Assembly: GCA_964417745.1 (NCBI GenBank)
Contig: CAYQJJ010000002.1
Span: 1 to 38,199 of the forward strand
Source of the DNA: an uncultured Wenzhouxiangella sp.
Lineage (GTDB): Bacteria; Pseudomonadota; Gammaproteobacteria; Xanthomonadales; Wenzhouxiangellaceae
DNA length: 38,199 nt
Direction: 5' to 3'
Shown: piece after piece, positions 28,749 through 38,199 of the stretch
Layout of the letters: every line of letters starts with the position of its first letter
Numbering within the stretch: the stretch's first letter is position 1
Notes under the pieces: generated by a model
Databases searched by the model: none
Told to the model about the DNA's origin: nothing
What the model saw: only the letters and a program-made list of their open reading frames with translations
Program-made: the position numbers and the translations under genes

Positions 28749-29170
28749 GGCCCTTCCCCGTCCTCTTCGACGGTGGCGATGGTCAGCCGCGTAATGCCCT
28801 CGGCCGCGGCGGCATCGAGCGCGCGGACAACCAGACGATGCGGGGCCTCGGCATCGGCACGCACGACCAGCACGGCGTCGGGGTTGTCCTCGAAACGCTC
28901 GACCAGCGCGGCCTGGAGCGTGGCGCGCCGGTCGTCGGCCAGCATGTTGTCGTCGATGAACAGCCGGCCGTCTTCGGAGATGATCAGCTCGATGGTGCTC
29001 GGCAGGGTCTCGGTCTGACCGGTGGTCGCTTCGGGCAGATCGAGCTGGATCAGCGACTGACGCTCGAAGGTGGTCGAGATCATGAAAAAGATCAGCAGCA
29101 GGAAGACCACGTCGATCAACGAGGTCAGGTTGATCTCGGGTTCTTCGCGTTCCTCGTCGTGAAGTTTCAT
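28745..29170 (-). CDS. ExbD/TolR family protein
   Basis: EINLTSLIDVVFLLLIFFM, VRADAEAPH. Confidence 0.92.
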   Translation of the reverse strand: MKLHDEEREEPEINLTSLIDVVFLLLIFFMISTTFERQSLIQLDLPEATTGQTETLPSTIELIISEDGRLFIDDNMLADDRRATLQAALVERFEDNPDAVLVVRADAEAPHRLVVRALDAAAAEGITRLTIATVEEDGEGP

Positions 29171-29195
29171 GATGTAGTCACCCTGGCCACTCGGT

Positions 29196-29819
29196 TCAGG
29201 GCCGGCCGCGTTTTTGCTGGCCGTGCTCGATGGCCTGCATCAGGGTGACGGCCTGCTGCTCCATCTGCACCACGTAGGCGCGCACCAGACCACGGAAATG
29301 GCGGTAGAAGAAAAAGCTCGGAATGGCCACGGTCAGGCCGGCTGCGGTCGTGATCAGCGCCTCGGAAATACCCCCGGCGAGCTCGTTGGGGTCGCCAACG
29401 CCGTGCAGCATGATGGCGCTGAACACGCGGATCATGCCGATGACGGTGCCGAGCAGACCAAGCAGCGGCGTGATGCCGGCGATGGTGCCGAGCGTGTTGA
29501 GAAAACGCTCGAGCTCGAAGACCACGTGCCGGCCGGTGTCTTCGACGGCTTCCTTGATGATCTCGCGCGACCGGTTTCGATTGTCGAGCGCTGAAGCCAG
29601 GATCCGGCCCAGCGGTGAGGATCGCCTCAGCTGCTCGATATGCTTGGCATCGAGCTCGTGCTGCAGCGCCCACTGCTTTACCTGAGCCGGGATGGTCGGC
29701 GGCATGACGCGGCTGCTGCGCAGGCTGACGAAGCGCTCGATCACGATCGCCACCGCAATGACCGAACACAGCAGAATCGGCACCATCAGCCAGCCGCCGG
29801 CAATTATGATTTCAAGCAT
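29196..29819 (-). CDS. MotA/TolQ/ExbB proton channel family protein
   Basis: GGWLMVPI, LGTIAGITPLLGLLGTVIGMI, GISEALITTAAGL. Confidence 0.92.
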   Translation of the reverse strand: MLEIIIAGGWLMVPILLCSVIAVAIVIERFVSLRSSRVMPPTIPAQVKQWALQHELDAKHIEQLRRSSPLGRILASALDNRNRSREIIKEAVEDTGRHVVFELERFLNTLGTIAGITPLLGLLGTVIGMIRVFSAIMLHGVGDPNELAGGISEALITTAAGLTVAIPSFFFYRHFRGLVRAYVVQMEQQAVTLMQAIEHGQQKRGRP

Positions 29820-29922
29820 CGGGTCGGAGCATCCGTCGAGTGAACAAGCCAGGTTGCGATGATAACGGGTTGTCGTCTCCGGCAACACCTCCGAATCGAT
29901 TCCGGAATCGGTCTCGCCGCAG

Positions 29923-32202
29923 CTACCGGCAGGCCGACCTCTGGCGCCAGAAGCGCGGTGCCTGAACCGACCGCGACCGGAGTTGCGGCGCCCGGCCCGC
30001 CGACAGGGTGACCGAGAGCGCGCCGCAGTCGGCGGTCGATCGCCATTCCGCATCCGCGGCCTCGAGCCGCTCGAGCACCTCCGGATGCGGCCGCTCGAAA
30101 GGATCATGACGGGCCACGGAAATCAGTGCCAGAACAGGCGCCACGGCCTCCAGGAACTCGCTGTGGCTGGCGCGGCGATGGCCCGAAGCTGAAACCACCA
30201 GTACATCCGCCGGCAGGTCTTCGGGTCGGCGCAGCAGGCGGCGCTCGACGTCGGCATCGATGGCACCGGTCAGCAACAGCCTGCCACCCGGACCGGAAAC
30301 CCGCAGCACGCAGGAGCTGTTGCCGTCCAGGTAAGGCAGCCCGCGCGAGGGATGAAGGAACTCGAACTGCCAGGCACCCGCGCGCCAGCCGTCGCCGGGC
30401 TGGCACCGGCGCCCGAGACCGTCGACCGGCGAGTACAGCGCGTCGAGCTCGACCCGGTCGACTACCGAGCCCAGCCCGCCGGCATGGCCACGATGCTGGT
30501 GGGAAACCACGATCCGATCCAGCCCGCCGCCGCCGCGCTCGGCCAGCAGGCCGGGCAGTATGGCACCGATGGCATCGGCGCCCTCCCCGTCCCCGGGACC
30601 GGTGTCGTAGAGCAAGCGCTCGCCACCCGCCTCGACGATTACCGCCAGCCCGTTACCGACATCGAACACATCGACGACCAGTTGATCGGACTGGGGCGGC
30701 TTCGAGCCCGGTACGAGTAGCGGCAGAAACAGCGCCAGCCCCAGCCAGCGCGCCGGCCAGCCACGCGGTGCGAGCAGCCAGGCCGCGCCCAGCAATGCCA
30801 GTCCGGTAGCCGGCAGACCACCCCCGTGCCAGCCGAAATGCCCGACCTCCAGCCGATTCAGTGTCTCGAGAACTTCGAGCACGCCGACCAGGCCGAACTC
30901 GGCCACCGCCAGCGGCCAGGCAGCCGGCCAGTCGAGCAGCACCGCCGCCATGCCGGCCAACAGCATCGGCAGCACCACGAAGCCGACGATCGGAATAGCC
31001 ACCAGGTTGGCCACAAGGGCTACCGGAATGAATTGCTGGAAAACCCCGACGTTGAGTGGCAGCAGACCGACCGCGATGATCAGCTGTGCACGCGCCAGCC
31101 CAATGACCCAGCCCCGTACGCCCTGCGGGGCCGACGGGCGCCAGGCAAACGTCCAGATCAGGATGGCCACCGCGGCGAACGACAGCCAGAAGCCGGTAGC
31201 CAGGGGAGCCATGGGATCGAACAGGATGACCGCCACCAGCGCCAGCAGCAGTGCGTGGGCCGGCTGAATGCCGCGGCGCAGCAGGAACGCGCCCCCAGCC
31301 ACGGCAAGCATGATCAGCGCGCGCTGGGTTGGCAGCGTGAATCCGGCCAGCATGGCGTAGGCCGTGGCGGCCAGCAAAGCCGCGCCCAGGGCCAGTCGGC
31401 GACGGTCGAGACGGCCGGAGGCCAGGCTCAGGGGTGCCAGCAACAGCCCGCCGAGCAATCCGGCCATCCCGGCCACCAGACCCACGTGCAGGCCGGAGAT
31501 GGCCAGCAGATGCGCAGTACCGGTCTGGCGCAGCAAGTCCCGGGTCTCCGGTGACAGGCCGCCGCGGTCGGCCAGCCCAAGCGCCCGCATGAGTACCGCG
31601 GCATCGAGCCGGGTGGTCTCGGCCTGCAGAACTTCGGCCAGGTACTGGCGCCGACGATCCACCGCACTGCCCCAGCCGGAGCTCTCGAGCCGATCGACCG
31701 GACCGGAAACCCGCCCCAGCGCGCCGATCCGGCGTGAAAGCAGGTAGCGGTGATAATCGAAAGCACCGACATTGAGACGGCCATGCGGCGGGTCGAGCCG
31801 AAGCGTCATGTCCCAGCGATCACCGGGCCGCATGTATTCCCGGGGCCGGTACCAGTCGACAAGAATCCGCGACGGCAAGCGCTCGGCCTGACCAGGCTCC
31901 GGTTTGAAGACGAACCGCACGCCCGAGCCCCGCGATTCGGGCACCCCTTCGATGGTACCGGCCACGCGAATTTCGTCCCCGGCACGATCGTCGGGCCACT
32001 GGCCTTCGACCAGCAACTGGGCGTGAGCCAGAAACCAGCAACTGCCCAGAACCGCCAGGCAGGCCGGACGCAGCGCCGACCAGCGCAGGCCGACCACGGC
32101 CAGCAGTGCGGCACCGGCAATCAGGGGCCAGCCCGGCAATACGGGTGTCAGGGCAGCGAGTACGGCGCCTGCCGAAAATCCGAGCAGACCGCGCCAGTCC
32201 AT
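29923..32202 (-). CDS. comEC: DNA uptake channel ComEC/Rec2
   Basis: N-terminal OB-like region (NVGAFDY), competence domain HLLAISGLHVG and PTQRA, C-terminal beta-lactamase-like domain (FDVGNG, LYDTG). Confidence 0.92.
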   Translation of the reverse strand: MDWRGLLGFSAGAVLAALTPVLPGWPLIAGAALLAVVGLRWSALRPACLAVLGSCWFLAHAQLLVEGQWPDDRAGDEIRVAGTIEGVPESRGSGVRFVFKPEPGQAERLPSRILVDWYRPREYMRPGDRWDMTLRLDPPHGRLNVGAFDYHRYLLSRRIGALGRVSGPVDRLESSGWGSAVDRRRQYLAEVLQAETTRLDAAVLMRALGLADRGGLSPETRDLLRQTGTAHLLAISGLHVGLVAGMAGLLGGLLLAPLSLASGRLDRRRLALGAALLAATAYAMLAGFTLPTQRALIMLAVAGGAFLLRRGIQPAHALLLALVAVILFDPMAPLATGFWLSFAAVAILIWTFAWRPSAPQGVRGWVIGLARAQLIIAVGLLPLNVGVFQQFIPVALVANLVAIPIVGFVVLPMLLAGMAAVLLDWPAAWPLAVAEFGLVGVLEVLETLNRLEVGHFGWHGGGLPATGLALLGAAWLLAPRGWPARWLGLALFLPLLVPGSKPPQSDQLVVDVFDVGNGLAVIVEAGGERLLYDTGPGDGEGADAIGAILPGLLAERGGGGLDRIVVSHQHRGHAGGLGSVVDRVELDALYSPVDGLGRRCQPGDGWRAGAWQFEFLHPSRGLPYLDGNSSCVLRVSGPGGRLLLTGAIDADVERRLLRRPEDLPADVLVVSASGHRRASHSEFLEAVAPVLALISVARHDPFERPHPEVLERLEAADAEWRSTADCGALSVTLSAGRAPQLRSRSVQAPRFWRQRSACR

Positions 32203-32315
32203 CAGAGAAACATCCTGATCGACCGGCCGACCCACGACGCTCTAGTCGGCCACACTCGGGCCGTGATGAGCCGCGCTTGTGCGTCGGCTGCGTGTTCTCG
32301 AACGGGTGTGGCTCA

Positions 32316-33014
32316 TCAGTCCAGTTGGCGGATCCTGCCGCCGGTCATTTCCATGCGTCGGTCCATGCGGCTGGCCAGGGTGGTGTCGTGGGTGACCAGC
32401 ACGATGGCCGTCTCCATTTCCTGATTGAGCTCGATCATCAGATCGTAGATTGCCAGCGCATTGGCTTCGTCGAGGTTGCCGGTGGGTTCATCGCCCAGCA
32501 GGCAGGCCGGGCGATTGATCAGAGCCCGCGCCACCGCGGCGCGCTGTCGCTCACCACCGGACAATTCGCCGGGCTTGTGATCAAGCCGCTCACCCAGCCC
32601 GACACGCTTGAGCAGATCGGCGGCCGCGCCGGCCGCCTCGGTGGCGTCGCGTCCACCGATCAGCAGCGGCATGGCGACATTTTCCAGGGCGCTGAACTCG
32701 GGCAGCAGATGATGGAACTGGTACACGAAACCGAGCGAGCGATTCCGGATCTTCGCCCGCCGCCGCTCGTCACCGGCGAGCATGTCGGCACCGGCGACTT
32801 CGACGCTGCCTTCGGTCGGCCGGTCGAGCCCGCCGAGAATATGCAGCAGTGTGCTCTTGCCGACTCCGGAGGGGCCGAGAATGGCCACCCGCTCGCCGGG
32901 CGCGACCGAAAAGTCGATGCCGCGCAGCACGGTCAGCTCGGTCTTGCCCTGCACGAAGGTCTTGGTCACTCCGCTGCAGCGAATCACGGCCTGATCACTC
33001 ATAGCGTTACTCAT
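32316..33014 (-). CDS. lolD: Lipoprotein-releasing ABC transporter ATPase
   Basis: GPSGVGKST, GFVYQFHHLL (LolD motif), LSGGERQR, DEPTGNLD; 8-nt overlap with the permease stop. Confidence 0.95.
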   Translation of the reverse strand: MSNAMSDQAVIRCSGVTKTFVQGKTELTVLRGIDFSVAPGERVAILGPSGVGKSTLLHILGGLDRPTEGSVEVAGADMLAGDERRRAKIRNRSLGFVYQFHHLLPEFSALENVAMPLLIGGRDATEAAGAAADLLKRVGLGERLDHKPGELSGGERQRAAVARALINRPACLLGDEPTGNLDEANALAIYDLMIELNQEMETAIVLVTHDTTLASRMDRRMEMTGGRIRQLD

Positions 33015-34251
33015 AGCGAAGCGCCTCCACCGGCTCGGTACGCGAAGCCCGCCAGGCCGGGTAGATGGTCGATAGCAGCGACAGCAGCAGCGCCACACCG
33101 GCAAACCGCGCAACATCGCCACCGCGCAGCTCGGAGGGCAGATCGGAAATGTAGTACACCTCGGCCGAGAGGAACTCAACGCTGAGCAGGCTCTCGACCG
33201 CGCCGACCACCGACTCGACGTTCAGCGCCAGCACAATGCCGCCGACCACCCCCAGCGCGGTGCCGATGATGCCGATCAGCGAGCCCTGGATCATGAATAC
33301 CCCCATGATGCGTCGCGGCCCCATGCCCATGGTCTTGAGAATGGCAATGTCGGCCTGCTTGTCGGTAACCACCATCACCAGGGTCGAAATGATATTGAAC
33401 GCAGCCACCGCGATGATCAGCGACAGAATGATGAACATGACGGTCTTTTCGGTTTGAACGGCCCGGAAAAAATTGGCGTGTTGCTGTGTCCAGTCGCGGA
33501 CCCGGTAGTAGCCGGGCAGCTCGGCGGAGATGTCCCGGGCAATCCAGCGCGCGCGCATCATGTCGTTGAGCTTGAGGCGGATCCCGCTGATGTTGTCGCC
33601 GGTCCGGAACAGCCGCTGGGCATCGCCGAGATGGATGACGGCCAGCGCGGTATCGTATTCGTGTACCCCGGCCTCGAACAGGCCGGCAACGGTAAAGCGG
33701 CGAACCTGCGGCATGACGCCGGCCGGGGTGGTACGGATTTCGGGTGCGAAGATGGTGACGGAATCACCCGGCCTGACTCCCAGACGCGAAGCCAGCCCGA
33801 CCCCGAGCAGGACGCGCCATTCGCCGGCCTGCAGGTCATCGAGCTCGCCCCGGACCATCATGTCGGCGACGTCGGAAACCTCCGGTTCGCTGGCCGGGTC
33901 GATACCGCGCACCAGCGCACCGGCGGTGCTGCGAGCGCGCAGCATGGTCTCCTGCTCCACGTAGGGCGCCGCGCCCACCACGTCCGGCTGGCCTCGCACC
34001 CGCTCGATGATATCCGGCCAGTCCGGGAACTGGCCGTCATGGCCCTGGATGGTGGCATGCGAGACCATGCCGAGAATCCGCTCGCGAAGCTCGCGCTCGA
34101 AACCGTTCATTACGCTGAGAACGGTTATCAGCGTCATGACCCCGAGCGCGATACCCGCCATGGAGATCAGCGAGATGAACGAGATGAAGTGGTTGCGTCG
34201 CTTGGCGCGCAGGTAGCGCAGGCCGACGAACAAGGTCAAGGGTTGATACAT
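33007..34251 (-). CDS. Lipoprotein-releasing ABC transporter permease (single LolC/E/F-type gene)
   Basis: RYLRAKRRNHFISFIS, SVMNGF, AAFNIISTL, IAILKTMG, YPAWRAS, EALRYE. Confidence 0.93.
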   Translation of the reverse strand: MYQPLTLFVGLRYLRAKRRNHFISFISLISMAGIALGVMTLITVLSVMNGFERELRERILGMVSHATIQGHDGQFPDWPDIIERVRGQPDVVGAAPYVEQETMLRARSTAGALVRGIDPASEPEVSDVADMMVRGELDDLQAGEWRVLLGVGLASRLGVRPGDSVTIFAPEIRTTPAGVMPQVRRFTVAGLFEAGVHEYDTALAVIHLGDAQRLFRTGDNISGIRLKLNDMMRARWIARDISAELPGYYRVRDWTQQHANFFRAVQTEKTVMFIILSLIIAVAAFNIISTLVMVVTDKQADIAILKTMGMGPRRIMGVFMIQGSLIGIIGTALGVVGGIVLALNVESVVGAVESLLSVEFLSAEVYYISDLPSELRGGDVARFAGVALLLSLLSTIYPAWRASRTEPVEALRYE

Positions 34252-34265
34252 TCAGATTGCTCGAT

Positions 34266-35195
34266 TCAGGTCGCGCGCAGCCGTGTGAGTGCGCTTTCGA
34301 GCGCCGCTGGCAGGGGCGCATGGAATTCCCGGTCTTCGGGCCACGACAAGCCCAGGAAGTGGGCATGCAGGAACATGCGATCAAGACCGGCCGGTGGTGG
34401 ACCCGGATTGTACAACTCATCGCCGGCAACCGGGCAGCCCAGGTGTACGGCATGGGCTCGTATCTGGTGGGTTCGGCCCGTCTCGATCGAAACCTCGGCC
34501 AGCGTGAAACCATCGAAGCGCTCGAGCACGCGAAAGTTCGACCGTGCGGACTGGCCGTCCGGGTCGACGATGATGCGCCGCTGCCCGCTGCCATCGCGAA
34601 TCTTCTTCAATGGCGCATCCACCGGCACGTTCTCGCCCGCCGAACTGCCCTTCAAATCGCCCGACAGCAGTGCCAGATAGCGCTTGTTGATACGCCGGCC
34701 GGTCATTTCCCGCTGCAACGCCACCAGCGCCTGGTGGTGGCAGGCGAAGATCAGCAAGCCACTGGTGGGCCGGTCGAGCCGATGGACCGGTCGCCAGTCA
34801 GGGCCAATCCTGGCCACGGCATCGACCAGGCCGAACGACAGCCCGCTGCCGGCGTGCATGGCCAGGCCGGCCGGCTTGTCGATGACCGCCATATCATCAT
34901 CGCGATGAATGATCGCGCGGCGGACCGTCTCGACCAGTCCGTCGGGCAGCTTGCGGTCTGCCGGCGGTTGCTCACGCACCGGCGGCACGCGCACCTCGTC
35001 GCCGGCCGCGAGTTTTTTCATTGGCTTGGCACGCGAGCCGTTGATGCGCACCTGTCCGGTTCGGACCAGACGATAAACCAGGCTACGCGGGACCTGGCCG
35101 AGCAGGCCGATCAGAAAATTGTCGAGCCGCTGACCGGCGCGGTCTTCGGAGACCGTCACGTGGCGCACGGAGGATTGGGAGGATTGATCCGACAT
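34266..35195 (-). CDS. rluC: 23S rRNA pseudouridine synthase, RluC-like
   Basis: S4 domain GQRLDNFL, DKPAGL, HRLDRPTSG, TGRTHQIRAH, MFLHA; divergent from rne. Confidence 0.9.
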   Translation of the reverse strand: MSDQSSQSSVRHVTVSEDRAGQRLDNFLIGLLGQVPRSLVYRLVRTGQVRINGSRAKPMKKLAAGDEVRVPPVREQPPADRKLPDGLVETVRRAIIHRDDDMAVIDKPAGLAMHAGSGLSFGLVDAVARIGPDWRPVHRLDRPTSGLLIFACHHQALVALQREMTGRRINKRYLALLSGDLKGSSAGENVPVDAPLKKIRDGSGQRRIIVDPDGQSARSNFRVLERFDGFTLAEVSIETGRTHQIRAHAVHLGCPVAGDELYNPGPPPAGLDRMFLHAHFLGLSWPEDREFHAPLPAALESALTRLRAT

Positions 35196-35246
35196 CGAAA
35201 GCCAGCGTAGCAGTTCCTTGGGGAAGGAACAGGGGTACAAAGGGGA

Positions 35247-35308
35247 TTGAAAGGGTATGACCAAAGTCCCTTTAATGATAGTATATCGCGGTTAGGGACG
35301 GCATGTAA
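35247..35308. promoter_or_regulatory. Candidate divergent sigma70 promoters for rne (+) and rluC (-)
   Basis: Plus: TTGAAA (35247-52), 18 nt, TTTAAT (35271-76). Minus: TTACAT (35303-08), 17 nt, TATACT (35280-85). Confidence 0.5.
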
Positions 35309-35924
35309 CAGTGGTATTGGCGATATCCGCAAGCCAATGCACCCGCGAGATCCGGACGGCTGCTTCGGTAAGCCTTCGAATTGACCTCGCGGCGGCGACG
35401 CCGACCCGGATCGTGAACACGTCCGACCCGGATCCGAACCGCCTGCTTCAACCGCCCCCGACGATTGGCTTGAAAGCCCGGCCCTAGTGGTACCGGGCGA
35501 CAGACACGACGTGCGCAGCCTGTGTGGTGTTCGACAAGTTTGCTCTCCGGTCTCCTGCCTCGGCAGGGCCCGGATCGGCAACTCACACCCCGGACTGAGC
35601 CATTGACCGCAAGCCGGGCGCGTTCCGGCTTTGCACAATTGAACAATAATCAAGCGCTCCCGGTCGTCGCTGACCCCTCGGCCGGGATCGATGCCGGCAG
35701 GCAGACCGAAGCGCCCCATTTCGGGCGGTTCGAACAACAAGAAAAACCGCTGCGACGGGATCCCGGAGAATCGGGTCCGCTGACGCTCAGCCGCCTGGCG
35801 GCTGGCCGATTGACAGGTTTTTTGAAACGCCCGCGAAGGTCCACCGCGCGGGCGATCGATGTTGATTCCTGCGGCATCCATGCCGGGCCTGACCGAGGCC
35901 GGGGCGCCGGAGGAACCGACAACA
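35283..35924 (+). promoter_or_regulatory. Long structured rne 5' leader
   Basis: About 640 nt with no credible CDS; stems CCGCGAG/CTCGCGG (35343-49/35386-92) enclosing a cUUCGg hairpin, GCCCGG/CCGGGC, CAGCCGC/GCGGCTG (35788-35804). Confidence 0.55.
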
Positions 35925-38199
35925 ATGAAACGCATGCTGATCAACGCGACTCAACCCGAAGAGTTGCGCGTCGCCATCGCCGATGGCCAGATTCTCCTGG
36001 ACCTCGACATCGAGGTGCCCGCCCAGGAACAGAAAAAATCCAATATCTACAAGGGCCGGATCACCCGCGTCGAGCCGAGTCTCGACGCCTGTTTTGTCGA
36101 ATTCGGCTCGGAACGCCACGGGTTTCTTTCGCTCAAGGAAATCAGCCGAGAGTATTTCAGCGAGAGTGCCCAGAAGCAGCTCGACGCGGGCGAACGCGTC
36201 GATATCAAGGACGCCGTTCAGGGTGGCCAGGAAGTCATCATCCAGGTCGACAAGGAAGAACGCGGCACCAAGGGGGCGGCGCTGACGACCTTCATCAGCC
36301 TGGCCGGACGCTACCTGGTCCTGATGCCCAACAACCCGCGTGCCGGCGGCGTCTCCCGCCAGGTCTCGCGCGACGATCGCAAGGAACTGCTCGACACCAT
36401 CAAGCAGGTCGAGGTTCCCGACAACATGGGCATGATCGTGCGCACCGCAGGCGTCGGCCGTGACCATGATGAGCTCCAGTGGGATCTCGACTACCTGCTT
36501 CAGCTCTGGAGCGCGATCCAGGAAGCGGCCAAGGCTCGCAAAGCGCCGTTTCTGATCTACCAGGAAAGCAACCTGATCATCCGCGCCCTGCGTGACTATC
36601 TGCGCGAGGACATCGGCGAGATTCTGGTCGATGACCAGAAAATGTTCGAGGATGCCCGCGAATTCATGCAGCAGGTCATGCCGCACAACCTGCGCAAGCT
36701 CAAGATCTACAGCGACCCCATTCCGTTGTTCTCCCGTTACCAGATCGAAAGCCAGATCGAGTCGGCGTTTGCCCGCGAAGTCCGGCTGCCCAGCGGCGGC
36801 GCCCTGGTGATCGACCATACCGAGGCGTTGCTGTCGATCGATATCAACTCGGCCCGCGCAACCAAGGGTGCCGATATCGAGGAGACCGCGCTGCAGACCA
36901 ACCTCGAGGCGGCCGACGAAGTCTCGCGACAGCTCCGCATCCGGGATCTCGGCGGGCTGGTGGTGATCGATTTCATCGACATGATGAGCAAGGATGCCCA
37001 GCGCCAGGTCGAAACGCGCCTGCGCGAGGCCATGCGCATGGACAAGGCACGAGTGCAGATCGGTCGCATATCGCGATTCGGCCTGCTGGAGATGTCGCGC
37101 CAGCGACTGCGGCCCTCGCTCGGCGAATCGAGCAACGTGACCTGCCCGCGCTGCGACGGCCACGGCTCGATCCGCTCGGTTGAATCGCTGGCACTGTCGA
37201 TCCTGCGCCTGGCCGAGGAAGAGGCCATGAAGGACCATACCTCGCGGGTCATCGTGCAGGCCCCGACTTCGGTGGCAAATTTCCTGCTCAACGAAAAGCG
37301 CAATGCCACGGCCGAAATCGAGCAGCGCAACCGACTGCCGATCACGGTGGTGGCCAACCCCATGCTCGAAACGCCCCGGTTCGAGGTCCAGCGCCTGCGC
37401 TCGAGCGAATCCCTCGATGAACCCAGCTATGCCATCGGGCTGACCGAAGAATCCGAGGCACAGAGCGGTTACCTGCGTGAGGAACAGCAGCAGGCACCCG
37501 CCAAGGCGCCGCCGAGCGCCGCCGTCAGCGGCCTGAAGCCGGCCAACCCTGCCCCATCGCGCAAGAAGCCCGGCTTCGGCGCCTGGCTGGCTGCACTGAT
37601 CGCCACGCTCAAGGCCCGCCTTGGCCTGGATGAGGAAAAGAGGGAGCGGGGCCGGAAGGACCGCAAGAACCAGAACCAGCGCAAGGCACGCAACGACCAG
37701 CGTGGCAAAAAACCTGATCGCAGCGCCGGCAAGCCCGACCCGAAAGACAAGGACAAGGACGAGACCAAATCCGGAGGCGACAAGCCCAGGGATCAGCGCG
37801 GTCAGAAAAAGAAGAAGAAAAAGAAAAAGCGCAGTTCCGACGCTGATACGCAGAGCAACCGCTCGGAGGCCACAGGCAACGCCGGCGACAACAAGGACAG
37901 CAAGGGCGAAGCGCCCGATGACAAGGGTCCGCGCAAGAAGCGCCGCCGTCGCGGGGGCAAGAAACGCCGCGGCGGACGTGGCGGGCAGCAGGATAACCGC
38001 GATGGATCCAGCGATCAGTCAGGCGGTGACGGCAGCGATGCTTCCAGACAGGGCGCGCCCGGGCCACAGAGCACAGATACCGCTGCCGCACCCAGTCAGG
38101 GCGGCCAGGACAGTGGCTCGAAAACCGGAAAATCGGACTCCGGATCGAAGCCTGAGTCGAAGCCTGAGTCGAAGCCTGAGTCGAAGCCTGAGTCGAAGC
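35925..38199 (+). CDS. rne: Ribonuclease E (3' end outside window)
   Basis: Not in the ORF track. Manual translation [22 protein letters not shown]...[15 protein letters not shown]...HGFL; DINS, DFIDM, Zn-link CPRCDGHG; amphipathic membrane helix [20 protein letters not shown]; basic low-complexity CTD; GGAGG RBS. Confidence 0.96.
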   Translation, partial: MKRMLINATQPEELRVAIADGQILLDLDIEVPAQEQKKSNIYKGRITRVEPSLDACFVEFGSERHGFLSLKEISREYFSESAQKQLDAGERVDIKDAVQGGQEVIIQVDKEERGTKGAALTTFISLAGRYLVLMPNNPRAGGVSRQVSRDDRKELLDTIKQVEVPDNMGMIVRTAGVGRDHDELQWDLDYLLQLWSAIQEAAKARKAPFLIYQESNLIIRALRDYLREDIGEILVDDQKMFEDAREFMQQVMPHNLRKLKIYSDPIPLFSRYQIESQIESAFAREVRLPSGGALVIDHTEALLSIDINSARATKGADIEETALQTNLEAADEVSRQLRIRDLGGLVVIDFIDMMSKDAQRQVETRLREAMRMDKARVQIGRISRFGLLEMSRQRLRPSLGESSNVTCPRCDGHGSIRSVESLALSILRLAEEEAMKDHTSRVIVQAPTSVANFLLNEKRNATAEIEQRNRLPITVVANPMLETPRFEVQRLRSSESLDEPSYAIGLTEESEAQSGYLREEQQQAPAKAPPSAAVSGLKPANPAPSRKKPGFGAWLAALIATLKARLGLDEEKRERGRKDRKNQNQRKARNDQRGKKPDRSAGKPDPKDKDKDETKSGGDKPRDQRGQKKKKKKKKRSSDADTQSNRSEATGNAGDNKDSKGEAPDDKGPRKKRRRRGGKKRRGGRGGQQDNRDGSSDQSGGDGSDASRQGAPGPQSTDTAAAPSQGGQDSGSKTGKSDSGSKPESKPESKPESKPESK
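38145..38199 (+). repeat. 12-nt perfect tandem repeat (TCGAAGCCTGAG)n encoding SKPE in the RNase E CTD
   Basis: Four full copies plus 7 nt, running to the last base of the window. Confidence 0.95.

Noticed and set aside
29857-29876. Fur-box-like GATGATAACGGGTTGTCGTC upstream of exbB
   Set aside because: Poor match and spacing versus the 7-1-7 consensus; this exbBD pair is the msbA-linked type with no iron-uptake genes nearby.
37803-37829. Programmed -1 frameshift at G_AAA_AAG runs in rne
   Set aside because: Not a full A_AAA_AAG heptamer, no evident stimulatory element, and the poly-Lys tract explains the sequence.

Overview
GC-rich gammaproteobacterial chromosomal window, mostly core genome. 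The acidic proteome, Xanthomonadales-like sdh/lol/comEC/msbA gene order, a secreted protein with an FxDRFE tail and a kinase/ECF pair suggest Wenzhouxiangella or a relative (inference, not verified). From left to right: a partial SDR gene with a signal-peptide-like N-terminus; RhlE-type DEAD-box helicase; a small accessory patch at about 1.9-5.1 kb (IS5-type end scar, lower-GC secreted beta-propeller protein, frameshifted CIA30 gene, FitA/VapB-VapC toxin-antitoxin pair, REP/MITE-like element); RND adaptor and permease; a membrane Ser/Thr kinase-TPR plus ECF43-like sigma factor; a minus-strand run DUF1674-sdhCDAB-sdhE-ygfX-mtgA-cupin-pilU with divergent ygfZ; an orphan PhnD-like binding protein; a minus-strand run rluC-lolC/E-lolD-comEC-exbB-exbD-msbA-lpxK-kdsB-LMW-PTP-uvrC-pgsA-methyltransferase; and rne with a very long structured leader, truncated at the window end inside a 12-nt tandem repeat. 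I found no CRISPR array, rRNA, tRNA, prophage or intact transposase. The best candidates for an under-described system are the kinase-activated ECF module and the FxDRFE C-terminal tag on the secreted propeller protein, possibly linked. All family assignments come from motif recognition by eye; no searches were run.
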